From Planctomycetaceae bacterium (lineage in GTDB: Bacteria > Planctomycetota > Planctomycetia > Pirellulales > Thermoguttaceae), in contig PWXP01000101.1 in assembly GCA_003561895.1 (NCBI GenBank), forward strand, positions 1 to 39,260: a DNA stretch of 39,260 nt, written 5' to 3'. Positions 15,691-24,389 of this stretch are shown in pieces. Both the position numbers and the translations under genes were made by a program. Positions within the stretch are counted from its first letter, which is position 1. Each line of letters starts with the position of its first letter. The notes beneath the pieces are model-generated. The model saw nothing but the letters and a program-made list of their open reading frames with translations. It had not been told where the DNA came from and did no database searches.

Positions 15691-16449
15691 TCACGCCTTC
15701 ACCCCGGCCACAATGCCCAGGAATGAATCGGCTTTCAAGGACGCGCCGCCCACTAAGGCCCCGTCAATATCGGGTTGGCCCAGCAATTCGGCGGCGTTTT
15801 CGGGCTTCACGCTCCCCCCGTATTGAATGCGGACGGACTCGGCAACCTGTGCATTATACTGTCCGGCAATGATCTTGCGAAGGTCGGCATGGACCTCTTG
15901 GGCCTGCTCGGGCGTGGCCACCTTGCCGGTGCCTATGGCCCAAACGGGCTCGTAGGCGATGACGGTCTTCGCCATCTGGTCGTCGGAGAGGCCGGCCAGC
16001 GAGCCTTCGAACTGGGCGCGGATCACTTGGAGCGTTTTTCCGGCTTCCCGCTCCGCGAGCACCTCGCCCACACATACGATGGGCGCCAACCCAGCCTGGT
16101 GTGCGGCATGGACCTTCCGATTGACCGCCGCGTCGGTCTCGCCGAGGATGTGCCGCCGTTCGCTGTGCCCCAGGATGACGTACTTGCAGCCCACGTCCAA
16201 GAGCATCGCCGCGCTGACCTCGCCGGTGTATGCCCCGGCGGCCTCGTGGTACATGTTCTGGGCGCCCACGGCCACTTTCGAGCCGGCAATGGCCCGGGCC
16301 ACGGCGTCGAGATACACGTAGGGGGGGCAGATGGCCAGGTCGACGTGCGCGAGGCTGGCGCTTTGGTCGGCAACTCCCTCGGCAAGCGCAATGGCGGACA
16401 CCCTGTCGGTGTGCATTTTCCAGTTTCCGGCAATGAACGGACGTCGCAT
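15691..16449 (-). CDS. tpiA: Triosephosphate isomerase
   Basis: FIAGNWKMH, ILGHSERR, AYEPVWAIGTGKVATPEQAQEVH, IQYGGSVKPENA. Confidence 0.95.
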   Translation of the reverse strand: MRRPFIAGNWKMHTDRVSAIALAEGVADQSASLAHVDLAICPPYVYLDAVARAIAGSKVAVGAQNMYHEAAGAYTGEVSAAMLLDVGCKYVILGHSERRHILGETDAAVNRKVHAAHQAGLAPIVCVGEVLAEREAGKTLQVIRAQFEGSLAGLSDDQMAKTVIAYEPVWAIGTGKVATPEQAQEVHADLRKIIAGQYNAQVAESVRIQYGGSVKPENAAELLGQPDIDGALVGGASLKADSFLGIVAGVKA

Positions 16450-16521
16450 CAGGTCTCCTCGATCTTTCGTGGAACTCGGTCTTTACGCGAAATATGCGAA
16501 GGGGGCGCCCCCCTCGAATGG

Positions 16522-17676
16522 TCATGAATCGATGGGGGTTGCGGCCGGGTAGGAGCCCAACACCTCCAGCCGAGAGGTCTTCTCCTTGAGGGCCTTCAGG
16601 GTCTTGCGCACCGGCAGGTCGGTCTCGTGCCCTTCCACTTCGGTGAAGAACAGGTAAAACCGGCCCGGGCCCGGCACTGGAAAAGACTCGATCCAGGCGA
16701 GGTTCAAACGAAATCGCTTGAACACGGCCAACGCGTCGACCAGGGCTCCGAAACGGTGCTCGGTCTGAAACAGCAGCGCCGTCTTGTCGGTGCCGGTCCG
16801 CGGCGGCGAATCGTCGCCGATCAGGGCGAAGCGGGTGAGGTTGGCCGGATTGTCTTCGATCCGTTCGGCCAGCACGTCCAGCCCGTACTGCACCCCCGCT
16901 TGCAGGCTGGCGATCGCCGCCGCGCCGGGTTTTTCGGCGGCAAGCTGGGCGGCCGTCGACGTGCTGGTCACTTCAATCAGCCGCGCAGCCGGCACGTGCT
17001 TCGCCAGCCAGTTGCGGCACTGGCTGAGGGCTTGCGGCCGGCTGTACACCTCGGTGACGTCCTCCCGACGGCATTTTCCCAAAAGGGTGTGATGGATTTT
17101 CATCTCGATTTGCCCGCAAATTCGCACCGGCAATCGGGTGAACATGTCGAGGGTGTCGGCGATTCGCCCATCGGTCGAGTTTTCGATGGGGACCACGCCG
17201 AAATCGCTGTGCCGCCGGTTGACCTCCTCGAAGACGGCCGAGATGCTTCCGACGGGCACGAACTCGACGCCCTGCCCGAAATGGGCCAGTGCCGCCAAGT
17301 GGCTGTAGCTGTACTGGGGCCCGAGCAGGGCGACGCGCGTCTGGCGGAGCAACGACCGGCAGCCGCTGACCACTTCGCGGAAGACGGCTCGAACTGCCCG
17401 GCGGGGCAACGGTCCTTCGACCTTCTCGAGCACGTCTGCGAGCAGGCGGTCTTCGAGTCCGGCAGCCAGGTCCGCCCCGAGCGTCCCCTCCCCCTGCTTG
17501 GCCATTTCCAGAACCAGCTTTCCCCGTCGCTGCACGAGTTTGAGCAACTCGCGGTCGATTTGTTCCAGTGCGGCCTGGGGTGAGGAACGGCCCTTCGTGC
17601 CCGTCTTCCGGGTGGACCGCTCCGCCACTTTGGTACGGACCGCCTTGCTTTTCGAAGCGGATTTGGTTTTTGCCAT
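16522..17676 (-). CDS. pheA: Bifunctional chorismate mutase / prephenate dehydratase (P-protein)
   Basis: CM helix LEQIDRELLKLVQRRGKL. PDT core VALLGPQYSYSHLAA...VPIENSTDGRI. ACT-like C-terminus TALLFQTEHRFGALVDAL and ESFP. Confidence 0.9.
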   Translation of the reverse strand: MAKTKSASKSKAVRTKVAERSTRKTGTKGRSSPQAALEQIDRELLKLVQRRGKLVLEMAKQGEGTLGADLAAGLEDRLLADVLEKVEGPLPRRAVRAVFREVVSGCRSLLRQTRVALLGPQYSYSHLAALAHFGQGVEFVPVGSISAVFEEVNRRHSDFGVVPIENSTDGRIADTLDMFTRLPVRICGQIEMKIHHTLLGKCRREDVTEVYSRPQALSQCRNWLAKHVPAARLIEVTSTSTAAQLAAEKPGAAAIASLQAGVQYGLDVLAERIEDNPANLTRFALIGDDSPPRTGTDKTALLFQTEHRFGALVDALAVFKRFRLNLAWIESFPVPGPGRFYLFFTEVEGHETDLPVRKTLKALKEKTSRLEVLGSYPAATPIDS

Positions 17677-17709
17677 GGCAATGACCCAACCGAGCGCGGG
17701 AAAACCAGT

Positions 17710-17738
17710 CTTTTATCCGGTGGCGGCGGGTTTGTCAA
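17710..17738 (-). promoter_or_regulatory. Candidate sigma-70 promoter for pheA
   Basis: On the minus strand: TTGACA (17738-17733), 17 nt, TAAAAG (17715-17710), about 35 nt before ATG 17676. Confidence 0.4.
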
Positions 17739-17807
17739 GCAGCACTTAACGAGGCTTGGCATTGTATGGGGAAACGGGACGGGTGGCCGCCCTGTAGCCG
17801 TTCACAG

Positions 17808-17889
17808 GGGGACGGTCCCAATTTTCGCGGCGCAAAGGGCGATTCACCCAATGAGTGACCGTTTCCGCCGCGAAAATGGGACTGTCCCC
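17808..17889. repeat. 82-bp composite inverted repeat whose arms each contain a GGGAC-N-GTCCC palindrome
   Basis: GGGGACGGTCCCAATTTTCGCGGCG (17808-17832) pairs with CGCCGCGAAAATGGGACTGTCCCC (17866-17889), with one indel and one mismatch. Confidence 0.8.
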
Positions 17890-17949
17890 TTCGCATACCG
17901 CGAGGAAAACGCCAGCCGACTGGGACCTCGCGCTGGCCGAATGACCCGA

Positions 17950-19173
17950 TCACAGCCTTCTGGGTGGTGAGTCCGGCGTGACGGAGCCTGGCAGGACCGC
18001 GTGGAGTACGAGGTGGGCCATTTCCGGCGGGCAGTTCAGACGTACGGGAAACTCGCCCGAGACGCCGCGAGTAACGTGCATGATCGTCGGCGGAGCATAG
18101 AAAATGCCGGAGGCGTATCGGACCCCCGCCTGGCTGGGGGTTAGGAGGGGGCCCAGGATTGGAAATCGAATCTGCCCCCCGTGCGTGTGGCCGGCCAGCA
18201 GCAGGTCGACATCCTGGGCCTGCGCCCATTTGATCTGGTCGGGGCTGTGGGAAAGGACGATGCGGATGGGACCCCCGCCGGGGGTGCGTCGCGGGCAGAA
18301 CCGCAGATCGGCCGCCGGGGCGATCCATGGTAGTTCGTTGCCCGCCAGAACGATCGGCTCGCCGCGCGCCTCGGCCATCACCCAGCGGCCTCCAAGGTCC
18401 ACCAAGCCGTGGTCGGTCAGCATCCGGCGGATCTCTTCGCCGTCGTTCCATAGGTCGTGGTTGCCGAGGACGAAATACACGCCATAACGGGCGGTGAGTT
18501 GCCCGAGCGTGTCGGGAATCCAGTCGAGGCAGCGGCGGTCGTCGACGAGGTCGCCGGTAACGGCGATCAGATCGGGCCGGGCATGGTTGGCCACGCGGAC
18601 GACCTCGCGGAAGTACGCCTTCCCCACCCGGCCGGTAAAGTGAAAGTCGGAAAGGTGGACGATCGAGAGCCCGTCCAGTGCGGCGGGCAGCCGCGGCACG
18701 TCGATGGCCCGCTCGCTGAGGTCCAAATCGAGTATTTCGTTTCCAGGTAAGTGGATCAGGAAGTGGTGTGCGTGCTCCTCGGAGGTGACCGCGTCGCCTA
18801 TCCCCTGCAAGGAGAGACTTCGGGTTTGCTGGGAACGGATCAGCGCGGGAGGGCCGAGTAGGATGTTCCGCCACACCCAGTGGGCGATGGCCATCCCCGC
18901 CCCCGCGGCACACACCCCCACGTACAACACCGCCACCATCCGGCCGGGCGGCGGGACGGGCCACAAGCGGAAACTCCCCAGGAATATTTGCCAGCCGGCA
19001 ACGTAGATCCACCCCCCGAAAAGCAAGGGAATCCCCAGTAGCAGTAACAAACAGATGGCGGAGGCCGTGTGTGCGGCTTTGCGCGGGAGGCTCGTGCCGT
19101 GCGTCCGGTTGACCACCGCCGCCCAAAGCAGCACGTGTCCGAGAATCGCGAGAAGAAGGGTGGGGAGCAGCAT
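17950..19173 (-). CDS. Membrane-anchored metallophosphoesterase
   Basis: N-terminal TM helices, then LSDFHF, VTGDLVD, GNHD and GHTHGG motifs. The start is ATG 19173, because the upstream 97 codons of the track ORF run through a repeat element. Confidence 0.85.
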   Translation of the reverse strand: MLLPTLLLAILGHVLLWAAVVNRTHGTSLPRKAAHTASAICLLLLLGIPLLFGGWIYVAGWQIFLGSFRLWPVPPPGRMVAVLYVGVCAAGAGMAIAHWVWRNILLGPPALIRSQQTRSLSLQGIGDAVTSEEHAHHFLIHLPGNEILDLDLSERAIDVPRLPAALDGLSIVHLSDFHFTGRVGKAYFREVVRVANHARPDLIAVTGDLVDDRRCLDWIPDTLGQLTARYGVYFVLGNHDLWNDGEEIRRMLTDHGLVDLGGRWVMAEARGEPIVLAGNELPWIAPAADLRFCPRRTPGGGPIRIVLSHSPDQIKWAQAQDVDLLLAGHTHGGQIRFPILGPLLTPSQAGVRYASGIFYAPPTIMHVTRGVSGEFPVRLNCPPEMAHLVLHAVLPGSVTPDSPPRRL

Positions 19174-19301
19174 GGTCCACTCGGACGGGATGGAACCGTG
19201 GGATGGCAGTCGGGAAATGGTCAATCGGAGAGCAACCGCTCCTGTGAACGGTCGCACCGGAGAGACTTCGCCGCAGCCGGAGCATGATCCTTGTTGACGG
19301 G

Positions 19302-19372
19302 GTTGGAGTTCACGCTTCAGCGTGGCGGATTCCGCTTGTGCTTGGTTCGCACGCTGAAGCGTGAACTCCAAC
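19302..19372. mobile_element. Nested-palindrome repeat element, copy A (MITE/REPIN-like), flanked by an 8-bp direct duplication
   Basis: GTTGGAGTTCACGCTTCAGCGTG ... CACGCTGAAGCGTGAACTCCAAC. TTGACGGG occurs at both 19294-19301 and 19373-19380. Confidence 0.65.
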
Positions 19373-19401
19373 TTGACGGGCAGCATGCCGTCCTGTACTA
19401 T
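19373..19401 (+). promoter_or_regulatory. Candidate sigma-70 promoter of the peptide ABC importer operon
   Basis: TTGACG (19373-19378), 17 nt, TACTAT (19396-19401), about 120 nt before ATG 19525. Confidence 0.4.
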
Positions 19402-19524
19402 ACTCTTATTGTATCCGCACCCGTCTGTCCACGGCGACGGTGGCCCAATGTAGTCGCACGACACCTCCGGAAGGGGTAAACGCCTTGTGCCCTATATGCC
19501 CTAGATACGCTAGAGTAGTGTACC

Positions 19525-21273
19525 ATGCGATTTATTATTCTCATCGTTGGCGTCATTGTGTCGTTCGGCGCGTTGCTGGTGTTCAGCGCGGGTGGTGAGC
19601 GTACCGGCACCGGCTCCGGCGATACGCTGTTGTTGGCCTACGGCAGCGATCCGAACACGCTCAACGCTATTACGGCGAGCGACACGGTGAGCGGACTCTT
19701 TCAACGGCACGTGTACGAGGGCTTGGCGCAGGCCGACTTCGCCGATCCCGACAACCTGCTGCCCGCCCTGGCGGAGAGCTGGGAGTTCGACGAGGAGACG
19801 CTCACGTTCACGATCCACCTTCGCCGGGGTGTGAAGTGGCATCCGATGAACCTTCCTGACGGCACGCCGCTTCCCGATCGCGAGTTCACCGCGCGCGACG
19901 TGAAGTTCACGTTCGACTGCGTGCTGAACCCGCACGTCGACGCCGCGCACATTCGCAGTTACTTTGAGAACCCGGACCCGGAGGACGGCTCGGACCGGTA
20001 CCGCATTCGCGTCAGCGTGGTGGACGACTACACGGTGACGATTCAGTGGACCGAGCCGTACTTCCTGGCCGAGGTGTTTACGCTGGCGGCCGTGCCCATG
20101 ATCCCGCGGCACGTTTACTCGGTCGACGAGTACGGCGAGCCCATTTCGTTCGATTTCTCTTCGCGGGAGTTTGCCGACGGCTTCAATACGCACTGGGCGA
20201 ACGGGATGATGTGCGGCACGGGGCCGATGATCTTCCGCGAGTGGATACCCGACCAGCGACTCGTGCTCGACCGGTTCGACGATTACTGGGGCGAGCCGTT
20301 CCATTTCACCCAGGTTCGCATCCGCGCCATCCCCAATACGAACACCATGGTGCAGATGGCGCTGCAGAACCAACTGGACTGGGCCGGTTTTCCCGAGAAG
20401 GACCAGTGGCTGCAAAGCGCGAGGAACCCGAACGTGCAAGCCGGCGAGGTGGAACTGGTCGAGTACGACTTTCCCGGCTACCGGTACGTGGGCTACAACT
20501 TGAACCGGCCGGTCTTTCGCGATCCCCAGTTCCGGCTCGCCCTGGCCTACGCCACCCCGGTCGAGCAGATCATCGAGGAGGTGTTCCACAGGCTGGCGAT
20601 GCCGGTGACCGGGCCGTTTTTGCCCGGCAGCGTGGCCGCCGACGATTCGATCGAGCCGATCCCGTACGATCCGGCGAAGGCTCGCCGCCTGCTGGACGAG
20701 GCCGGCTGGCGCGACAGCGACGGCCGCGGGATACGCAGCAAGGTCGTCGACGGCACACGGATCCCGGCCGCCTTCGACTTGATGATCTATTCCGATTCGC
20801 GCACCTTCCAAACCATCGCCGAGATCATCCAGGAGGAGTTCCGGAAGGTCGGCGTTCGGGTGCAGATTACGGCCGCCGAGTGGGCCTTGTTCCTTGATCG
20901 GCTCAGTTCGAAGGAGTTCGATGCCGCCATGCTCGGCTGGGCCACCGGCTGGACCCGGAGCGACCCCTACCAGCTTTGGCACGGCAGCCAGGCCGACATG
21001 CCGGCCAGTTCGAACCACGTGGGCTACCGCAACCCGGAGGTCGACCAGTTGATCGAAGAGCTTCGCGTCACGTTGGACGAAGCGAAGCAAGAGGAGCTGT
21101 ACCACCAAATCCATCGATTGATCTTTGAAGATCAGCCATACACGTTCCTGTTTTCGGAGAAGGCGACCGCCGGCTACGACGCCCGGCTCGAAAACGTCCG
21201 GTTCTACCGCGTGCGCCCCAGTGTCGACATGCGCGAGTGGACCAGCAGCCACCCGCGGCTCCTCGGACGGTAG
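19525..21273 (+). CDS. ABC transporter substrate-binding protein, family 5 (peptide/nickel type)
   Basis: N-terminal anchor or signal, then an SBP_bac_5-like sequence (LAESWEFDEETLTFTIHLRRGVKWH, DPAKARRLLDEAGW, GWATGWTRSDPYQLWH). Confidence 0.92.
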   Translation: MRFIILIVGVIVSFGALLVFSAGGERTGTGSGDTLLLAYGSDPNTLNAITASDTVSGLFQRHVYEGLAQADFADPDNLLPALAESWEFDEETLTFTIHLRRGVKWHPMNLPDGTPLPDREFTARDVKFTFDCVLNPHVDAAHIRSYFENPDPEDGSDRYRIRVSVVDDYTVTIQWTEPYFLAEVFTLAAVPMIPRHVYSVDEYGEPISFDFSSREFADGFNTHWANGMMCGTGPMIFREWIPDQRLVLDRFDDYWGEPFHFTQVRIRAIPNTNTMVQMALQNQLDWAGFPEKDQWLQSARNPNVQAGEVELVEYDFPGYRYVGYNLNRPVFRDPQFRLALAYATPVEQIIEEVFHRLAMPVTGPFLPGSVAADDSIEPIPYDPAKARRLLDEAGWRDSDGRGIRSKVVDGTRIPAAFDLMIYSDSRTFQTIAEIIQEEFRKVGVRVQITAAEWALFLDRLSSKEFDAAMLGWATGWTRSDPYQLWHGSQADMPASSNHVGYRNPEVDQLIEELRVTLDEAKQEELYHQIHRLIFEDQPYTFLFSEKATAGYDARLENVRFYRVRPSVDMREWTSSHPRLLGR

Positions 21274-21307
21274 TTTCTCCTCGAACCCTCCAACCGCACC
21301 GCACCCC

Positions 21308-23131
21308 ATGTGGATTTACACTGTCCGCCGTCTGTTCGTGATGATCCCGACCCTGTTCGGGATCACGCTCGTTGCATTCGGCGTCATGCAGCTTGCACCG
21401 GGCGATCCGCTGAAAGCGGAATTGGGGGCGGCAGGCACCATCGGCGAGACCAGCCAGACCCGCGAGGCATACCTCATCATGCGTCGCGACCTGCTGCTCG
21501 ACCGGCCCGCCCTGCTGAACTTCCGCTACTTCCGCAACTACACGGCGCCGATCCGCGAGGTGGTGTTCTTCCGGGGGCAGTCGCGCGGAGAAATCGTCGA
21601 GGAGCTGGCCCGGCTGACCGAGGCTCCCGGCGCGCCCGAAAACGCCGCCCGGCTGGCGTTCCTTCGCGGACTCGACATTGCCGACTTCGACGCGCTGCTG
21701 GCCGATCCGGAAGTTCATCCCCGGCTGGCGCACATGATCGCCACGGGCATTCAGGTGTACCTGGAGGAGGAGGTGGGCCTGCACGGCGTGCCGCCGGCGA
21801 TGGCCGTCCTGCGCGATCCCGGTTCGCCGCTTCAGGAGCGAATCGGCGCGATCCGCGCCATTCGGCTGATGGCGCTGGAGCCGTTCCAGTACAGCTTCGG
21901 ACGCGAACCGGATGAGGCCGACCTCCCGTACGTGGTGGCGCCGTGGCAGCTTTGGTGGTCGCGGGCCGAGGCCGATTTTCCCGCCGTAGCGCCTGCCCAA
22001 CGCGAGGAACTGGCCGGCAAATTGGAGGCGATGGTCCGGGAAGAGTCGCGCCGGGAAGTGCTGGAAATCCTGGAAACGCTCGACCGCGACGACATGCGGT
22101 TTTTCGCCGAGCGGCTGCTGGGCGACACGACCTTCGACGAGAAGCGGTTGTCGGCCGATGCCCTGCGCCTGTACATTGCCGACCCCTTGCAGCTCGACGT
22201 GCCGACCGGCGCCGCCGAGGAAACGGTCGACGAAGTGGCCGGGAATTGGCTGGTCCACTACGACCTGCACCTCGACCGATACGAGCCGGGGCTCGCGCGG
22301 AGGTTCGGCTACCTGCTGACCGACACCCAGTATGCCAACATGGTACGGCGGCTGGCCACGTTTCAGTTCGGCCGGTCGGCCACGCGAACGCGGGAGCCGG
22401 TCGGCCCGCGGATCCTCAGGGCCGTGATGGTTTCGGCGCCGCTGATGATCATGGCGCAGATCGTCATCTACCTGGTGGCCGTGCCGCTGGGGATCATCTG
22501 CGCGGTGAACCGGTCGAACGCCGTCGACCGCGGCGTTTCGCTGGGGCTGTTCGTGCTGTACTCCATCCCGCCGTTCGTGGCCGCCATGATGTTCCTGCTG
22601 TTTCTTGGCTATGGGGTGTTTTTCGACTGGTTCCCGTCGCTCGGGCTGCACTCGCCCGGCGCCGAGCAGTTCGGATGGGGGCGCTACCTGCTGGACTATC
22701 TTTGGCACGCCTACTTGCCGGTGGTGTGCCTGTCGCTGTTCAGTCTGGCCGCCATGGCCATGTACAGCCGCACGAGCATGTTGGAGGTGACCGGACAGGA
22801 CTACGTCCGCACGGCCCGGGCCAAGGGGCTTTCCGAACGCGCGGTTATCCTGAAGCACGGCTTGCGCAATGCCCTGATCCCCATCATTACCCTGTTCGCC
22901 GGCTTCCTGCCGGCCATGCTCGGCGGGAGCGTGCTGATTGAGGTGATTTTCGGCATTCCGGGCATGGGTCGGCTGAGCTACGAATCGATCCTCCAGCGCG
23001 ACTTCCCCACCCTGATGGCCCTCATTTACATCAACGCCATTGTGGTCATGCTCAGCATCCTGTTGACCGACTTGCTTTACGTGGTGGTCGACCCGCGCAT
23101 CAGCTTTGAAGGAAGGGAGCAGCGCCGATGA
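21308..23131 (+). CDS. ABC peptide-type permease (OppB/DppB-like) with a ~260-aa insertion after TM1
   Basis: N-terminus MWIYTVRRLFVMIPTLFGITLVAFGVMQLAPGDP. EAA-type loop DYVRTARAKGLSERAVILKHGLRNALIP. The start is internal ATG 21308 of the track ORF. Confidence 0.9.
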   Translation: MWIYTVRRLFVMIPTLFGITLVAFGVMQLAPGDPLKAELGAAGTIGETSQTREAYLIMRRDLLLDRPALLNFRYFRNYTAPIREVVFFRGQSRGEIVEELARLTEAPGAPENAARLAFLRGLDIADFDALLADPEVHPRLAHMIATGIQVYLEEEVGLHGVPPAMAVLRDPGSPLQERIGAIRAIRLMALEPFQYSFGREPDEADLPYVVAPWQLWWSRAEADFPAVAPAQREELAGKLEAMVREESRREVLEILETLDRDDMRFFAERLLGDTTFDEKRLSADALRLYIADPLQLDVPTGAAEETVDEVAGNWLVHYDLHLDRYEPGLARRFGYLLTDTQYANMVRRLATFQFGRSATRTREPVGPRILRAVMVSAPLMIMAQIVIYLVAVPLGIICAVNRSNAVDRGVSLGLFVLYSIPPFVAAMMFLLFLGYGVFFDWFPSLGLHSPGAEQFGWGRYLLDYLWHAYLPVVCLSLFSLAAMAMYSRTSMLEVTGQDYVRTARAKGLSERAVILKHGLRNALIPIITLFAGFLPAMLGGSVLIEVIFGIPGMGRLSYESILQRDFPTLMALIYINAIVVMLSILLTDLLYVVVDPRISFEGREQRR

Positions 23132-24366
23132 ACCAGGCGGGTGAATCCTATTTGGACATCGTTTGGAAGCAGTTCAAAAAGAACCGCTTCGCACTGGCGG
23201 CGCTGTGGACGCTCGTTCCGGTGGTGCTGATCGCCCTGTTCGCCCCGCTGATCGCTTCCAATCAGCCGCTGGTGTACTTCGACGGCGACGCGGTGCTGTT
23301 CCCATGGTTCCTGTCCCTGTTCCACCCGGATGAAACGGTCGACTTTATATTTAACATGGCCATGCTGGCCATGGTTCCGTGGGCGGTGGTTTCGGTCGTT
23401 CTCAGCGCGTGGTGGCGGCAGCGGAACGTGCCGAGCCGCACGCGCGTGCTGGGGGCGACGGGATTGCTCGTGTTGATGGCCGGCGCAATGGTCGTTGTTT
23501 TCTCTCTCCCCGGCATGGCGCCGCGGCACCCGTACGCCGGCCGGACCTTTGTCGAGGAGGAGTTCGGCAACCCCGACGCGCGCGGCTTCTACACGCTCGT
23601 GCCCTACAGCCCCCGCGACCAGGAGCGCGGCTCCGCCTTCCAACCGCCGCTGTACCGCAAGCCGGCCGCCGAACGGGAGCGCGCCAGCGAGTGGTTCCCG
23701 CACCTGCTGGGAACCGACGACATCGGCCGCGACGTGTTCGCCCGCATGCTCTACGGCACCCGCATCTCGCTGACCATCGGGTTCCTGGCCGTGGGCATTT
23801 ACTTGAGCATCGGGATCGTCCTGGGGGCGTTGGCGGGGTATTTCGGCGGAACAACCGACATTCTGATTTCGCGCGTCATCGAGGTCATCCTGCTGTTCCC
23901 CTCCTTCTTCCTGATCCTCACGCTGGTGGCGATGATCGGGCCGAGCATTTACATGATCATGGTAGTGATCGGCCTGACGGGATGGCCGGGTATCGCGCGG
24001 CTGATCCGCGGCGAGGTGCTCAAGCAGCGGGCGAACGATTATGTGACGGCGGCCCGGGCTCTGGGTGCTTCGCACAGGCGGGTCCTGTTCCGCCACATTT
24101 TGCCCAACGCGCTGGCCCCGGCCCTGGTGGCCGCCCCCTTCGGCGTGGCCAGCGCCATCGTGGTCGAGGCAGGCCTGAGCCTGCTCGGTTTCGGGGTGCG
24201 GCCGCCCACCCCCACCTGGGGAATCCTGCTGCGGCTGGGCAGCTCGAACTACAATTACTGGTGGCTGATCGTGGTCCCCTCGCTTGCCATCTTTTTCACC
24301 GTCACCATATTCAACCTCGTCGGCAGCGGACTCCGCGACGCCATGGACCCACGACTGCGAATGTAA
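23128..24366 (+). CDS. ABC peptide-type permease (OppC/DppC-like) with an N-terminal insertion
   Basis: ATGA overlap with the previous gene. HLLGTDDIGRDVFARMLYG, DYVTAARALGASHRRVLFRHILPNA. Confidence 0.9.
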   Translation: MNQAGESYLDIVWKQFKKNRFALAALWTLVPVVLIALFAPLIASNQPLVYFDGDAVLFPWFLSLFHPDETVDFIFNMAMLAMVPWAVVSVVLSAWWRQRNVPSRTRVLGATGLLVLMAGAMVVVFSLPGMAPRHPYAGRTFVEEEFGNPDARGFYTLVPYSPRDQERGSAFQPPLYRKPAAERERASEWFPHLLGTDDIGRDVFARMLYGTRISLTIGFLAVGIYLSIGIVLGALAGYFGGTTDILISRVIEVILLFPSFFLILTLVAMIGPSIYMIMVVIGLTGWPGIARLIRGEVLKQRANDYVTAARALGASHRRVLFRHILPNALAPALVAAPFGVASAIVVEAGLSLLGFGVRPPTPTWGILLRLGSSNYNYWWLIVVPSLAIFFTVTIFNLVGSGLRDAMDPRLRM

Positions 24367-24372
24367 GAACTA

Positions 24373-24389
24373 GGGGGACTGTCCCCTTC
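24373..24389 (+). repeat. 17-nt palindrome-containing motif GGGGGACTGTCCCCTTC (identical copy at 30876-30860 on the minus strand)
   Basis: Read directly. It lies in the gap between the second permease gene and the first ATPase gene, 23 nt before ATG 24413. Confidence 0.8.

Noticed and set aside
17905-17939. GCCAGC...GCTGGC stem followed by GTTTTCC (minus strand) after the metallophosphoesterase stop, as a rho-independent terminator
   Set aside because: The stem is only 6 bp with a 15-nt loop and a 4-T tract, and there is a competing CGCGAGG/CCTCGCG pairing. Too weak to call as a feature.
17735-19285. 516-aa minus-strand ORF out of frame with the metallophosphoesterase
   Set aside because: Pro/Arg/Gly-rich. 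The other minus frame gives the LSDFHF/GNHD/GHTHGG metallophosphoesterase motifs.
19174-19464. N-terminal 97 codons of track ORF 17950..19464. The same applies to the long N-terminal extensions of track ORFs 13703..14938, 28451..31219, 21125..23131, 10728..11183, 26718..28484 and 1431..1955.
   Set aside because: The extensions run through repeat elements or neighbouring genes and are Arg/Gly/Pro-rich. Internal ATGs coincide with family N-termini, signal peptides, SDs or ATGA couplings.
19510-22858. Two ~600-aa minus-strand ORFs (19510..21309 and 21068..22858) antisense to the importer SBP and first permease
   Set aside because: The plus-strand frames carry SBP_bac_5 and permease motifs. The antisense frames are shadow ORFs with His/Arg/Gly/Pro bias.
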